Assembly: GCA_947477565.1 (NCBI GenBank)
Contig: CANJUR010000008.1
Span: 14,265-78,264, forward strand
From: Deltaproteobacteria bacterium
GTDB taxonomy: Bacteria; Myxococcota_A; Polyangia; Polyangiales; Ga0077539
Length of the DNA: 64,000 nucleotides
Direction of reading: 5' to 3'
The notes beneath the pieces were generated by a model. The model was not told where the DNA came from. It saw nothing but the letters and a program-made list of their open reading frames with translations, and did no database searches. Below are positions 48,984 to 57,543 of the stretch, piece by piece. A program made the position numbers and the translations under genes. Positions within the stretch are counted from its first letter, which is position 1. Every line of letters begins with the position of its first letter.

Positions 48984-49477
48984 GCGCTCCCGACGAACGC
49001 TGGAACCCTGACGACGGCCCTGCCCCGACCGACGAAGAGCGCGCGGCCTCCTCGCGGCTGTCCGAGGCGCTTTCCGAGCCGAATGCACCCGACGATCCTG
49101 CGCTGCGGGAGTTGGTGTCGGTCGCGCGACGCATCCACGCCACCGCTCATCCGAACCGCGATGTGCAGCACGCAGCCACGGCGCGCATTACCGACGAAGT
49201 GCTCGCGACGATGCGCCCGATGGCCTCGCCGGTACGCGGAATCGCTCGGCGGATGTGGCCCTTCGCGGTCGCCGCCGCGGCGATCCTTGTGGTGGGTGTC
49301 TCGGTCGGACGTCCGCGGTCGGTACCGGCCGGACCCGACCCGAGCATTTCTCGCGACGTCGATGATGTTCTCCGCGCGCCGGTTGGGGTCGGCGCGGCAT
49401 CGACGCCCGCGACACGGGTCTACGAGGCGCGGCTCACCGCCTGGCGCGAGTTGTACCTGCGGGGAGGGTCGCGATGA
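48980..49477 (+). CDS. putative anti-sigma factor (single-pass membrane protein)
   Basis: ATGA overlap with the sigma gene stop. One TM segment (MWPFAVAAAAILVVGVSVG). The call rests on position. The protein has no Cys, so it is not ZAS-type. Confidence 0.6.
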   Translation: MSAPDERWNPDDGPAPTDEERAASSRLSEALSEPNAPDDPALRELVSVARRIHATAHPNRDVQHAATARITDEVLATMRPMASPVRGIARRMWPFAVAAAAILVVGVSVGRPRSVPAGPDPSISRDVDDVLRAPVGVGAASTPATRVYEARLTAWRELYLRGGSR

Positions 49478-50016
49478 GCAGGCACTTTATCGTCGCGCTG
49501 ACCTGCGGGTTGGCACTGATCTCGGGCTGCGCCGCGAAGACCTCCGGGCACCGCGAAGCGCCGTCCAACGAGGCCGTGATGGCACTCCTCGGCACCGTGC
49601 GGGCGCTACACCACGAAGCCGACGTTTTCGAGGGTGCTGGGGATTTCGAGCATGCGGGGGCGGCGGTGCGGCGCATTCTGACGCTGGAATTTCCTCGCAC
49701 CATGGCTGAGGGGGAAGACCTTCGGGCCGATGCCTACGGCCGTCTGGCGGAGATCGCACTGCGTCGTGCGACGCCGGACGAGGCGCTCTCCATTGCAGAC
49801 ACGGGACTGCGCGACACGCACCGCGAGAGCGTCCTGCGTGGACGGTTGATGATGGTCCGCGGGCAGAGCCTTGGAGCGCTATCCGACCGCGCGCACGCAG
49901 CGAGCGATGAGGTCGGTGCCCGGCGCTTGCGCGAGCAGGCCATCGAGGCGCTCGAGGCCTCCATCGCGCTCAACGGACGACTGCTCCAGCGACTCACCGA
50001 TGGAGGTGCGCCGTGA
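49474..50016 (+). CDS. helical (TPR-like) lipoprotein
   Basis: ATGA overlap with the preceding gene and lipobox LALISGC. Confidence 0.65.
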   Translation: MSRHFIVALTCGLALISGCAAKTSGHREAPSNEAVMALLGTVRALHHEADVFEGAGDFEHAGAAVRRILTLEFPRTMAEGEDLRADAYGRLAEIALRRATPDEALSIADTGLRDTHRESVLRGRLMMVRGQSLGALSDRAHAASDEVGARRLREQAIEALEASIALNGRLLQRLTDGGAP

Positions 50017-50603
50017 AGCGCGGCGCTGTCCTCATCGCAACGCTGAGCGTGCTGGTCGTCGGCTGCGCGGCGTCCCTGCCCTATCGCGCCTCGACGCGTT
50101 CGAGCCAGTCTGTCCCTGCGGGTGCCTCGTCCGCCGAAACCGCAGCCCGGGTCGAATCCGGGTCTCGTTTCGCGCCGGCTCCGTCGGCGCGAGAGCCTTC
50201 CGTCGATCGCCCGACCGCACGCCCTCGCCGCGACGCCGACGATGTGAGTCCGATGGGTCTGCCTTTCACGGTCGCCACCGGAAGCGCGACCGCCGAGCGC
50301 CCAGCCGCGGCGACCACGCCTTCCCGTCAAGGAGCAGCCCAGGAAGACGGCGAGCGAGCGGTGCGCGAAGGGCGCATCGGAGCGCAGGTGCAACGGATTC
50401 GCGACGATCAGATCCGGCTCGCGACCAACCCTGGCCTCTGCCATGACGTGTGCTTCGCGGCGGGCTCGATTTGCCTCGCCGCGCACGAGATTTGTCGGCT
50501 GTCAGGCGACGCAGATGCTCGTTGCGAGCACGCCCGAGACGCATGCGCGGAAGCCGGGCACCAACGCGACGGCGCGTGCCCGGTCTGCCCTCCCACGCAC
50601 TGA
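50013..50603 (+). CDS. lipoprotein with C-terminal eight-cysteine cluster
   Basis: GTGA overlap with the preceding gene and lipobox LVVGC. The C-terminus is CHDVCFAAGSICLAAHEICRLSGDADARCEHARDACAEAGHQRDGACPVCPP. Confidence 0.65.
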   Translation: MKRGAVLIATLSVLVVGCAASLPYRASTRSSQSVPAGASSAETAARVESGSRFAPAPSAREPSVDRPTARPRRDADDVSPMGLPFTVATGSATAERPAAATTPSRQGAAQEDGERAVREGRIGAQVQRIRDDQIRLATNPGLCHDVCFAAGSICLAAHEICRLSGDADARCEHARDACAEAGHQRDGACPVCPPTH

Positions 50604-50637
50604 GCGCAGCGCTGCGCGCATGCTAGCGTAACCAGTC

Positions 50638-51456
50638 ATGAGCCGCGCACTTAGCTTCACTTCAACCCTCGCCGTCTCGCTGCTTTCGACATCGTTGGCG
50701 TTCGCGCAGGTTCCGCCCTCGGAGGTATTGCCGCCGCCGCCGCCCGCGGCCACGATCGCGACGGCACCTTCATTACCACCCGCGGTAAGCGCGACTGCTG
50801 TCCTTTCTGCCGGCGCGGCCTGGAGCCTCACGCCCCCAACCACGCAACGGGCCCTCACCCGCGAGCGCCTGCGCCTGCTGAATCAATCGCTTCTCGGTCT
50901 ACCGGAGCGCAGCCGCTCGGGTCGCATCACCGAGGGGATCATCAATCTCGCCCTCGGCGGAGGCCTCTTCGCGCTCGGATTCCTGTTCTCTTCGGACACG
51001 GATGGCGCCTCGCCTCTGCGCACGCTCCTTTGGTTTCAGGGTGGCTATAGCGCGCTCAACGGGGCCGTAGGGCTGGCCTGGACACCCGCCCGGGAGCGAC
51101 TCCCTCCCGTCTACGGCGCGATGCCGGTACGCACCGGCGCGCAACGACGTGCCCGCCTCGCCTACGGAGAAGAGGCGCTCGACGGCATGGCCCGCGACAG
51201 CCGCCTCCGCCGCACGCTAACCGGCATCGGCAGCGCCGTACTCGGCCTCGGGACTCTCGGAATTCTCTATCGCGACCAGATCTTCGACAACGCCGCGATG
51301 CCCGCGCCCACGGAGTTCAACTACCTGATCATCGGGTTGTCGCTGGTGAGCGTGGCCGCCAACGTGATCACCGTCTTCTCGCAGACGGAAGAAGAGCGCC
51401 TGCGAGCGAATTACCGCCAGGAGATCCAGATGCTCCGCGAGAGCACCGAGGAGTGA
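50638..51456 (+). CDS. polytopic membrane protein with signal peptide
   Basis: Signal peptide MSRALSFTSTLAVSLLSTSLAFAQ and about four hydrophobic segments (GIINLALGGGLFALGFLF, LLWFQGGYSALNGAVGLAW, LTGIGSAVLGLGTLGILY, FNYLIIGLSLVSVAANVITVF). It is the last gene of the ECF operon. Confidence 0.6.
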   Translation: MSRALSFTSTLAVSLLSTSLAFAQVPPSEVLPPPPPAATIATAPSLPPAVSATAVLSAGAAWSLTPPTTQRALTRERLRLLNQSLLGLPERSRSGRITEGIINLALGGGLFALGFLFSSDTDGASPLRTLLWFQGGYSALNGAVGLAWTPARERLPPVYGAMPVRTGAQRRARLAYGEEALDGMARDSRLRRTLTGIGSAVLGLGTLGILYRDQIFDNAAMPAPTEFNYLIIGLSLVSVAANVITVFSQTEEERLRANYRQEIQMLRESTEE

Positions 51457-51506
51457 TGCTCGCGGGCTAACGCGTGGGTGGATGCGAAGGGGGGGCGGAG
51501 AATGAA

Positions 51507-52793
51507 TCAGGGAGCGGGAGCGGCGGGGCGAGCAGCCGGACGACCCGGAGGGCGCGGACGAGCGCCAGGGCGCGTCGGAGCCACCACCGCAGGAGTGGCG
51601 CAAGCAGGAATGAGCGAGAGCGAGATGCCCTCGTCGGTCGGCATGCCTTCGCCATCGAGCGCGGCGTAGGCATCGATTCGCAGGCAGGCGCGCGCCGTCA
51701 CCGCGGGCGCAGGAACCCCCATCGCCTGCGAGTGAGCCTGCACCGCTTCTGCGGGTGCCGTGAAAGGACGTCCGGTGACGTTGGCGCAGCCTACGAGGGC
51801 GCTCCAGCGGGTTCCGAGCGGCTGCGACGGAATGACACACGCGTTGGCATCGACGGCTTCCGGCGCGGCGTTTTCGTCTTCTTCGCCACCCATTACCATG
51901 GCCTCCGGAGGCGGGCCGTACAGCTCTGCCGGGGTCTCCTTCGCATCCGCGAAGGACGCCGCAACGATCGCCCGAAGCTGATCCATCGTCCAACGAACGG
52001 CAGCTTCGCGTGCCTGCGGATCGGCCGGGTCGGCCGCGCCCTGGGTCTCCAATTCCCACCACTGGGTCAAGCCGCGATTACGCATTACGGTAAAGACCTG
52101 GTTTACGTTTCGCTCCGTACCGAAGCGCACCATGTCCAGGCTCAGCGTGGCACGCCGCGGGATGGCACTGCGGCCAGGGACGGGGATGAAGAAATCCTGA
52201 ACGTAGTCCCTGCGGCAATGAGACGCCCGGCACTGCGGCGGGGTGTTCTCGAAGGCCGCGCCGAACTCCGGGTTTCCCTGGACGATCTCGCCCACGCCTC
52301 GGCCCCATGCGTTGAGTCCCGCAAAGAGACGGACCCAGCGATCGAACGAGGTGCGCCCCCACATGCGGGCTCGCGTGGCGGAAGCCTCGTGCTCCTCCTC
52401 CCGCCGCTGCCGATCGGCCTCCTCGGCGGTGCGACGGGCGGCCTCGGCCTGCTGCCGGTTGCGCTCGTACACCGCGAGTCGCTGCCGCGCCTCGTCGAAG
52501 TGGGCCCCCGCGGGGAAGGCCCGCAGGTACTCGTTGAGCCCGTCGAGCGAGGCCCGGTGGTCGGCCCAGTAGTCCTCCTCGGTGGCATTGACGACCGCCT
52601 GCACCTCCGGCCTGAAGCGGCCCTGGGGCTGCGCCTGGAGGTACTCGCTCGCGGCCGCGAGACGGTCAGAACCCTCGGCGGCGTAGCGAAAGGTCCGGTA
52701 CGCGGCGTAGTCCGCACGGGACGACACCACTCGGCAGCCCGCGACGGCCATCGCCGCGATCGCCACCGCCCTCAACGTATCTCTGGAACGCAT
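51507..52793 (-). CDS. lipoprotein with BamD/YbgF-like half-TPR motifs and charged coiled-coil segment
   Basis: Lipobox AMAVAGC, the motifs EYLQAQPQGRFRPEVQ and EYLRAFPAGAHFDEARQRL, and the charged segment RQQAEAARRTAEEADRQRREEEHE. Confidence 0.6.
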   Translation of the reverse strand: MRSRDTLRAVAIAAMAVAGCRVVSSRADYAAYRTFRYAAEGSDRLAAASEYLQAQPQGRFRPEVQAVVNATEEDYWADHRASLDGLNEYLRAFPAGAHFDEARQRLAVYERNRQQAEAARRTAEEADRQRREEEHEASATRARMWGRTSFDRWVRLFAGLNAWGRGVGEIVQGNPEFGAAFENTPPQCRASHCRRDYVQDFFIPVPGRSAIPRRATLSLDMVRFGTERNVNQVFTVMRNRGLTQWWELETQGAADPADPQAREAAVRWTMDQLRAIVAASFADAKETPAELYGPPPEAMVMGGEEDENAAPEAVDANACVIPSQPLGTRWSALVGCANVTGRPFTAPAEAVQAHSQAMGVPAPAVTARACLRIDAYAALDGEGMPTDEGISLSLIPACATPAVVAPTRPGARPRPPGRPAARPAAPAP

Positions 52794-52820
52794 GTGTAGA
52801 CCTCTGTTCCTAGGAAGGTT

Positions 52821-53348
52821 TCAGGGCGCGCCGGTGCACGTGCCGACGTCGCGGCAGAGGGCGGTGCACGACGACGGCGGGTTGCGGATGACGTCCGGCA
52901 GGCTGTTGCAAGAGGTCTCCTCGATGGCATGGCCGCAGGCGGTGATGTCCCCCTGGAACGCCCCGCAGAACTCCCCCTGGTAGGTCGAGCACGCGTGCGG
53001 ACATGCGTTGGTGCCGAAGATGTCTTGCCGGATGTTGCCGCGAATACACTGGATATACGCGGGTTCGGAGTCGTTGGTGCAGTCAGGGCCGGCGCCGGAG
53101 ACGGAGCGACAAAGCACTCCGCACTCTCGCAACCGGAAGCACAAGTGCGAGCACATTCCCTGATCGAAGTAGTCGTACTCCGCCTCGGACTGCGTGCCCG
53201 GAATGTCTACGTTGGCGTTTTCGCTGCCGCAGCCACCGATGTCGCCAGGAGTCGGCGCAGCGATGAACGCCGTCGAGATCACAAGAACGACCAAAGCCGT
53301 CCATCGAGGGCGCCGCAGCGCCGGAGAGTCTTTCACCACGCCCGTCAC
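52821..53348 (-). CDS. cysteine-rich secreted or membrane-anchored protein
   Basis: The GTG start makes a GTGA overlap with the upstream gene. Hydrophobic anchor WTALVVLVISTAFIAAP. About 17 Cys lie in the 130-aa mature part. No family recognised. Confidence 0.55.
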   Translation of the reverse strand: MTGVVKDSPALRRPRWTALVVLVISTAFIAAPTPGDIGGCGSENANVDIPGTQSEAEYDYFDQGMCSHLCFRLRECGVLCRSVSGAGPDCTNDSEPAYIQCIRGNIRQDIFGTNACPHACSTYQGEFCGAFQGDITACGHAIEETSCNSLPDVIRNPPSSCTALCRDVGTCTGAP

Positions 53349-54028
53349 GGAAGCACCTCGTAGTCCACCAGGATGCCCAGGCCACCGCCGATGATCGGGT
53401 AGATCGCACCGCCGTTGCCCAGATAGAGATCGAATGTCGCCTCGGCGGTCACCGCCAGACCCGACCGGATGTAAAACGCTGCGCCCGCCGCGACCTCGAA
53501 GCCCACGGAGACCTCCGGGCAGTAGCCCCAGCCGGGCGGATACACCACGCTGCGGTTGGGCGCGACGCCGCTACCGATCCACTGTGGGCTCCCTTGCGGA
53601 ATCGCGAGACCGGCGGACCGCGGACATGCCCCACGGGTGATCAGCAGCGGCACGTCCACGCGCGCATGTGCAGCGATCGCATCGGTGAACCGACGATATA
53701 TCTGGACGCCGGGTTGCACCGCGACCTGCGCACCATTGCGGTCGATGCCGCCCTGCAGTCCGAGCGACGGACCCAACAGGAAATTTCCAAGATGCAAGAA
53801 CGCGTAGGTCCCCTCCACGAGGAGCGACGGCGGAGAGAGCACGCCGAAGGAGAAAGGGTCACGCAGGCGCGCCCCGATGCCGAACTCCGTGCGAATCAGG
53901 ACGTGCCGCTCGCCCGGCTGCAACGCCCATCCGTGGGAAGGTGCGGGAGGGTCGCTGAGCCCTTGCGCAGCGGCGGAAGTAGTAGCCAGGACGAACCCGA
54001 CCGCAATGAGGAAAGCGCGCGTTTTCAC
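53345..54028 (-). CDS. outer-membrane beta-barrel-like protein
   Basis: Signal peptide MKTRAFLIAVGFVLATTSAAAQG. The sequence has an alternating hydrophobic, Gly/aromatic-rich pattern and ends ...GLGILVDYEVLP. The structural class is inferred. Confidence 0.5.
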   Translation of the reverse strand: MKTRAFLIAVGFVLATTSAAAQGLSDPPAPSHGWALQPGERHVLIRTEFGIGARLRDPFSFGVLSPPSLLVEGTYAFLHLGNFLLGPSLGLQGGIDRNGAQVAVQPGVQIYRRFTDAIAAHARVDVPLLITRGACPRSAGLAIPQGSPQWIGSGVAPNRSVVYPPGWGYCPEVSVGFEVAAGAAFYIRSGLAVTAEATFDLYLGNGGAIYPIIGGGLGILVDYEVLP

Positions 54029-54037
54029 GTTGTGCGC

Positions 54038-54721
54038 ATGGTAGACACGGCCCCGCGTCCATCGTCAACGGAGCAGTGCGTGCCCGCGAGCAAGACTCCT
54101 TCCCTCTGGTCACTTGGTCTTCTCGGGCTTGGCGTTGCAATCACGTCGGGGTGCCCTGCGACGCCCTCGCCGGTGCTCGACGCCACGGCTGTCGTGCGGC
54201 CCGTCGCGCATGATGCTGGCGTACGGGCGAGAGCCCGCCACGGTCGGCGACGCCGTCCGGCAGCGCAGTCCCCGGGAGGAACCATCGCGAACAACGAGCC
54301 GATTGAGACGACCGAAGAGGAAGCCCCGGTGGCCCCGCGACCACGGGTGACCGAGACGGGTCCGATGCTGCGGGAAGACCTCGGACCACCGCCCTCGGTC
54401 GAACTCGATCTAACCCAAAGTGCGCAATCAGAGCCGATGGGGCTTGAACCCGGGCAGATTCGCCGTGCGATGGACCCGCTGCTGCCGCGCATGGCTGCCT
54501 GCGCAGAGGCAACGACCGACGAGTCTGGACACGGTCCGCGCGGTCGGGTCGGCGTGCGCCTGCGCGTCCACGGTGACGGGCGACCCCTCGCGGCGCGCGT
54601 GAGCGGCGGTGGTGGCACCGCGGAGTTCGTGACGTGCGTGCGGCGAGTGGTGGCGTCGGCACGTTTCGACCACTTCGGCGGCCCCGACGTCTTCGCGACG
54701 TGGGGCTTCGACGTGGACTGA
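54038..54721 (+). CDS. lipoprotein with AgmX/PglI-type C-terminal domain
   Basis: Lipobox VAITSGC. The C-terminus is IRRAMDPLLPRMAACAE...GRVGVRLRVHGDGRPLAARVSGG...FVTCVRRVVASARFDHFGGPDVFATWGFDV. The start ATG at 54038 is uncertain. Confidence 0.6.
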   Translation: MVDTAPRPSSTEQCVPASKTPSLWSLGLLGLGVAITSGCPATPSPVLDATAVVRPVAHDAGVRARARHGRRRRPAAQSPGGTIANNEPIETTEEEAPVAPRPRVTETGPMLREDLGPPPSVELDLTQSAQSEPMGLEPGQIRRAMDPLLPRMAACAEATTDESGHGPRGRVGVRLRVHGDGRPLAARVSGGGGTAEFVTCVRRVVASARFDHFGGPDVFATWGFDVD

Positions 54722-54726
54722 GAAGG

Positions 54727-57543
54727 TCAGCGGATCGAGCGGTAGTAGATGTCGCCGTTGATGCCGGCGCGGCGATCGACCCAGACGACGTGCGCCACGG
54801 GACTGCTGCCGTTGATGGTCGCGAGCACCGACGGCGTAGCGCTGTCCACGTTTGGCGGCGCGGAGTCGAGGCGGAGGTCCGTGGGCTGGAAGATCCCGCC
54901 GCCGTCGAGGGAGTAGTTGGCGTAGATGTCGAGCGAGCCGCTACGGTCGTCGGCCCACACGGCGTAGACGGCGAGACCGGCGTTGGAGGCCGCCACGTTG
55001 AAGGCCCGTGAGCGGCCCGGCGCACCCGCCATCACCTGCACGTCGCGCGCGGGGAAGACGCCCGCCGTGGTGCGCGAGGCATACACGTTGGGCAGCCCCC
55101 AGCGGAACTCCTGCCAGACCACGGAGAATTCTCCTCCGGGCAGCGACATCACCACGGGCCGGATGGAGTCGTGAGCGAAGGGATCAGCATCGATGCGCAC
55201 GTCGGCCGCGCCCCAGCGGACCCCGGAGTCCGTCGAGCGATTGGAGTAGATGTCGAAAGCGTCGTTGCCCCGCACGTCCTGCCAGGCGACGAGCACGTTG
55301 CCTGCGGAGTCGGCGGCGATAGACGGTTCTTCGCTGGCATGCGCACCCGCGATGTCGGTGTCGAGGCGCACCTCAAGACCCGGCCAGGTCAGGCCGCCAT
55401 CCGGGCTCGCTCGGAAGTAGATGTCCGTTCCCTCCCCGGACCGATTGTCGCGCCAGACGAGATACGCGCGATTGCCCACCGCAACGATGTCGGGCGTCGA
55501 AGCGACGCTGGTGACCGATCCGCCGGTATCGATCTGCAATGCCGTAGACCACGCCGCGCCGTTGGTCGATGTCGCGGCGAAGATGTGTCGGCCTCGGTTC
55601 GAGAAGAGCACCTCCCAGACCGCCAGGTAGCCGCGCGTCGTCGGCACGACCTCAATGTTGAACGAGTCGTTGTTCTGCCCCGCGTTGATTCGAAAATCAT
55701 TAGAGCTCCAGGCACTGCCAGATGCCGTCGACGCGCTGCCAAAGACCTGACGATATCCAGTTGGGTTGGAACCCGAAGCCGGACGAAAATCACCCCACAG
55801 CGCAACGAGGTTGGCACCACCGTTGGGCCACGCAAGGCGCGGCTGCACGCTGGCGAACGAGCCCGCGACATTGGTGTCGAGTCGGACATCCCGGAGCCAC
55901 GATCCACCGCCGTCGGTCGTGCGTGCGAAGTACACGTCGCTCTCCCCGCTGCGACGGTCGATGAAGACCACGCCGACGTTGTTCCCCGCGCCCGCGAGGT
56001 ACGGCTGGATCGAATTCTGCAAACTCGAATCGAGACGCAAGTCCGTCGCTGGCGCAAGCGTCTGGCAGCCCTCGTCAATCCGCGCGTCGCAGTTGTTATC
56101 GAGCCCGTCACAGTACGCTTCGCTGTCCAGGTCGCGATACGTCGTCGGGTAAGTGCAACCCCACCCTCTTGTCCCGTTGCATACGGCACGGGCCAACGCG
56201 CAAACCCCGCGACCTTCCGTGCCACGACTGTTGCAGCGTAGCGTCGGTGGAGCCACGAGCCCCTCGTCGATCAGCCCATCGCAGTCGTCGTCGAGACCGT
56301 CACAAACCTCCGCGGTCGCGCCCGTCCCGCCAGTGCAAACGATGCTGCCGCCCACGCAAGCGAACCGCCCAAACGTGCAGGCTCCCACGTTGTTGCCGCA
56401 CACGGTCGCGGGCCCCGTGCCAGGGATCACCCCACCTATCGGCGCGTCGTCGATCACCCCGTTGCAGTCGTCGTCGAGACGATTGCAGATCTCCGCTCCG
56501 GGCGCAGAACCACCGACGCAGCGGAGCGCCCCTCGCTCGCAAACGTACGTCCCGGGGCGGCACACGCCCAGGCTCGGCCCACACGCGGTGCCCACCGTCG
56601 CGGGCGCATCATCGACCCTCCCGTTGCAGTCGTTGTCGCGGCCGTCACAGACCTCCGGCCCGCGCGTTCCGGTCGCGTCGCCGCACGAGAGTTCGCAGCC
56701 ATCCGTCGGGTCACCGTTGCGATCGACGAAGCCTCGCGCACAACTCGCCACGCTGCAGACCCCTGCGGCACACCCCGCGATGGCATTCACCGCCGGGCAC
56801 ACGCGGCCGCACCCGCCGCAGTTGGAGACGTCGCTCATCGGGTTGAATCCGTTGTCCGTCGTGCCATCGCAGTCGTTATCGCGACCGTCACAGATCTCTG
56901 GACCCGACGCCGTGCACTCGTACTCGCAGCCATTCGCCGGGTCGCGGTCGCGGTCGACCGCCCCCGCGCGGCATGCGCCCATCCTGCAGACACTGGCCAC
57001 GCAAGCCGCCTCGGCGCGGTCGAAGACACAAGCGTTGCCGCAGCGACCGCAGTTGCTGTTGCTGCTCGTGAGATCGAAACCCTCATCGATCAGACCGTCA
57101 CAGTCATTGTCGATGCCGTCGCAGACCTCGGCTCCGGTCGGCGCGCACTCGTACTCGCACCCGTTGGCGGGCATCCGGTCGAGATCGACGAAGCCCACGT
57201 CACACTGGCGGTATCCACAGACGCTCATCGCGCACGCAGGAACAGCGTGGGCTGGAGCGCATGCGTTGCCACAAGCGCCACAGTTGCGTGGATCACTCGT
57301 GAGGTCGAAGCCCTCATCGAGCATTCCGTCGCAGTCGTTGTCTCGCCGATCGCAGACCTCGACGCCGGAGGGAACACACACCCTCGAGTCCGCTGGAGGG
57401 ATACCGTTGTCGCGAATCGGCGCAACGTCCCGCACGTTGACCAGGCCACCGTCACCCGTGGCGCAGTTGAGGCAATACGGCTCCGGGGCGCATCCCAACA
57501 CCGCGAAGAGAAAGCCGAGCGAGGCGAGCAGCGGGCGGTTCAT
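54727..57543 (-). CDS. lipoprotein: N-terminal MopE-like Cys-rich repeats plus C-terminal BNR/Asp-box (sialidase-like) beta-propeller
   Basis: ATG 57541-57543 gives MNRPLLASLGFLFAVLGC. There are about eight repeats of (E)(V/I)CDxxDNDCDGxxDEGF...C(G/R)xCGNxC. Asp-boxes follow: TTDGGGSW, SPDGGLTW, STDSGVRW, SLDGGGIF. Confidence 0.8.
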   Translation of the reverse strand: MNRPLLASLGFLFAVLGCAPEPYCLNCATGDGGLVNVRDVAPIRDNGIPPADSRVCVPSGVEVCDRRDNDCDGMLDEGFDLTSDPRNCGACGNACAPAHAVPACAMSVCGYRQCDVGFVDLDRMPANGCEYECAPTGAEVCDGIDNDCDGLIDEGFDLTSSNSNCGRCGNACVFDRAEAACVASVCRMGACRAGAVDRDRDPANGCEYECTASGPEICDGRDNDCDGTTDNGFNPMSDVSNCGGCGRVCPAVNAIAGCAAGVCSVASCARGFVDRNGDPTDGCELSCGDATGTRGPEVCDGRDNDCNGRVDDAPATVGTACGPSLGVCRPGTYVCERGALRCVGGSAPGAEICNRLDDDCNGVIDDAPIGGVIPGTGPATVCGNNVGACTFGRFACVGGSIVCTGGTGATAEVCDGLDDDCDGLIDEGLVAPPTLRCNSRGTEGRGVCALARAVCNGTRGWGCTYPTTYRDLDSEAYCDGLDNNCDARIDEGCQTLAPATDLRLDSSLQNSIQPYLAGAGNNVGVVFIDRRSGESDVYFARTTDGGGSWLRDVRLDTNVAGSFASVQPRLAWPNGGANLVALWGDFRPASGSNPTGYRQVFGSASTASGSAWSSNDFRINAGQNNDSFNIEVVPTTRGYLAVWEVLFSNRGRHIFAATSTNGAAWSTALQIDTGGSVTSVASTPDIVAVGNRAYLVWRDNRSGEGTDIYFRASPDGGLTWPGLEVRLDTDIAGAHASEEPSIAADSAGNVLVAWQDVRGNDAFDIYSNRSTDSGVRWGAADVRIDADPFAHDSIRPVVMSLPGGEFSVVWQEFRWGLPNVYASRTTAGVFPARDVQVMAGAPGRSRAFNVAASNAGLAVYAVWADDRSGSLDIYANYSLDGGGIFQPTDLRLDSAPPNVDSATPSVLATINGSSPVAHVVWVDRRAGINGDIYYRSIR

